The notes under the pieces are model-generated. The model was not told the origin of the DNA and did not search any database. It saw only the letters and a list, made by a program, of their open reading frames with translations. Made by a program: the position numbers and the translations under genes. A DNA stretch of 64,000 nucleotides from Camelus dromedarius (lineage: Eukaryota), in NCBI RefSeq assembly GCF_036321535.1, contig NC_087438.1, positions 13,456,001 through 13,520,000 on the forward strand, given 5' to 3'. Shown here in pieces: positions 63,509 to 64,000 of this stretch; the stretch's first letter is position 1; each line of letters begins with the position of its first letter.

Positions 63509-64000
63509 TATTGAGTTTCTGCCTATCTGGAATTTAAAAGTGCTTTATCTGAGGCCAATTATCCATTTTGATCGAAAATTAGCACAAAGCCTAATATTTT
63601 TCAAGAATAAATTATATGTTTGTTGGATAAATAGCAAAGGGGTACTATTTAACTTACAGGAAGGTATTGGCATGTAGTACAAGCCAATGGAATATATAAG
63701 AAGAGGATGAATAAGAGAGAGAGGAGGAGAAAATTATTTAAATGTGTGTGCATATGTGTGTTGTAATATTAGGCACATCCAACATAAGGTAAAAGAAAAA
63801 GAATAAGAAAATCGAAAGAATGAAATGACTAATGACCAGCTTTAATAGATGTGGACAATGACATTTTGAGAAGGTAAACACATGCTCTGATCTTGCAACA
63901 AATGAAGTGTAGAAGGGTAGTGAAACTTAAAGTCTTTTCTATTGTAAAGCCTGGGGGTCGTGATGCTTACCCGAGCCCTTCACCAATCTTACGTTATCTG

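Noticed and set aside
1..64000. CRISPR arrays, operons, defence systems, tRNA/rRNA genes, CpG-island promoter, processed pseudogene or non-retroviral viral insert
   Set aside because: None visible by eye; the sequence is mammalian repeat-rich non-coding DNA. A highly decayed insert cannot be excluded without BLASTX

Overview
AT-rich, CpG-depleted eutherian genomic DNA, intergenic or deep intronic. A large share is recognisable transposable-element debris: old L1M/L2/MIR, MaLR (MLT1) and ERVL/ERV1 LTRs, hAT and Tigger fossils, and several younger cetartiodactyl-type L1 3' ends. The form of those L1 ends, plus no recognisable ruminant, pig or whale SINEs, suggests a camelid (inference). No complete gene, RNA gene, CRISPR array or prokaryote-like system is visible, and the longer ORFs in the track are repeat-derived or chance. 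The most notable signals are: three minus-strand candidate exons with strong splice sites (unidentified, possibly pseudo-exons); three perfect p53-family half-sites at 16-bp periodicity inside an L2; a Charlie-type hAT transposase fossil with a readable first catalytic-Asp motif and an unexpected CpG cluster; three 5'-inverted (twin-primed) L1 insertions; a perfect 30-bp TG/CA palindrome at an L1 internal deletion junction; and an LTR-int-LTR MLT1 element. Repeat family names come from recalled consensus similarity, not a database search, and most boundaries are approximate unless a TSD is quoted. I found no convincing evidence for a new biological system.
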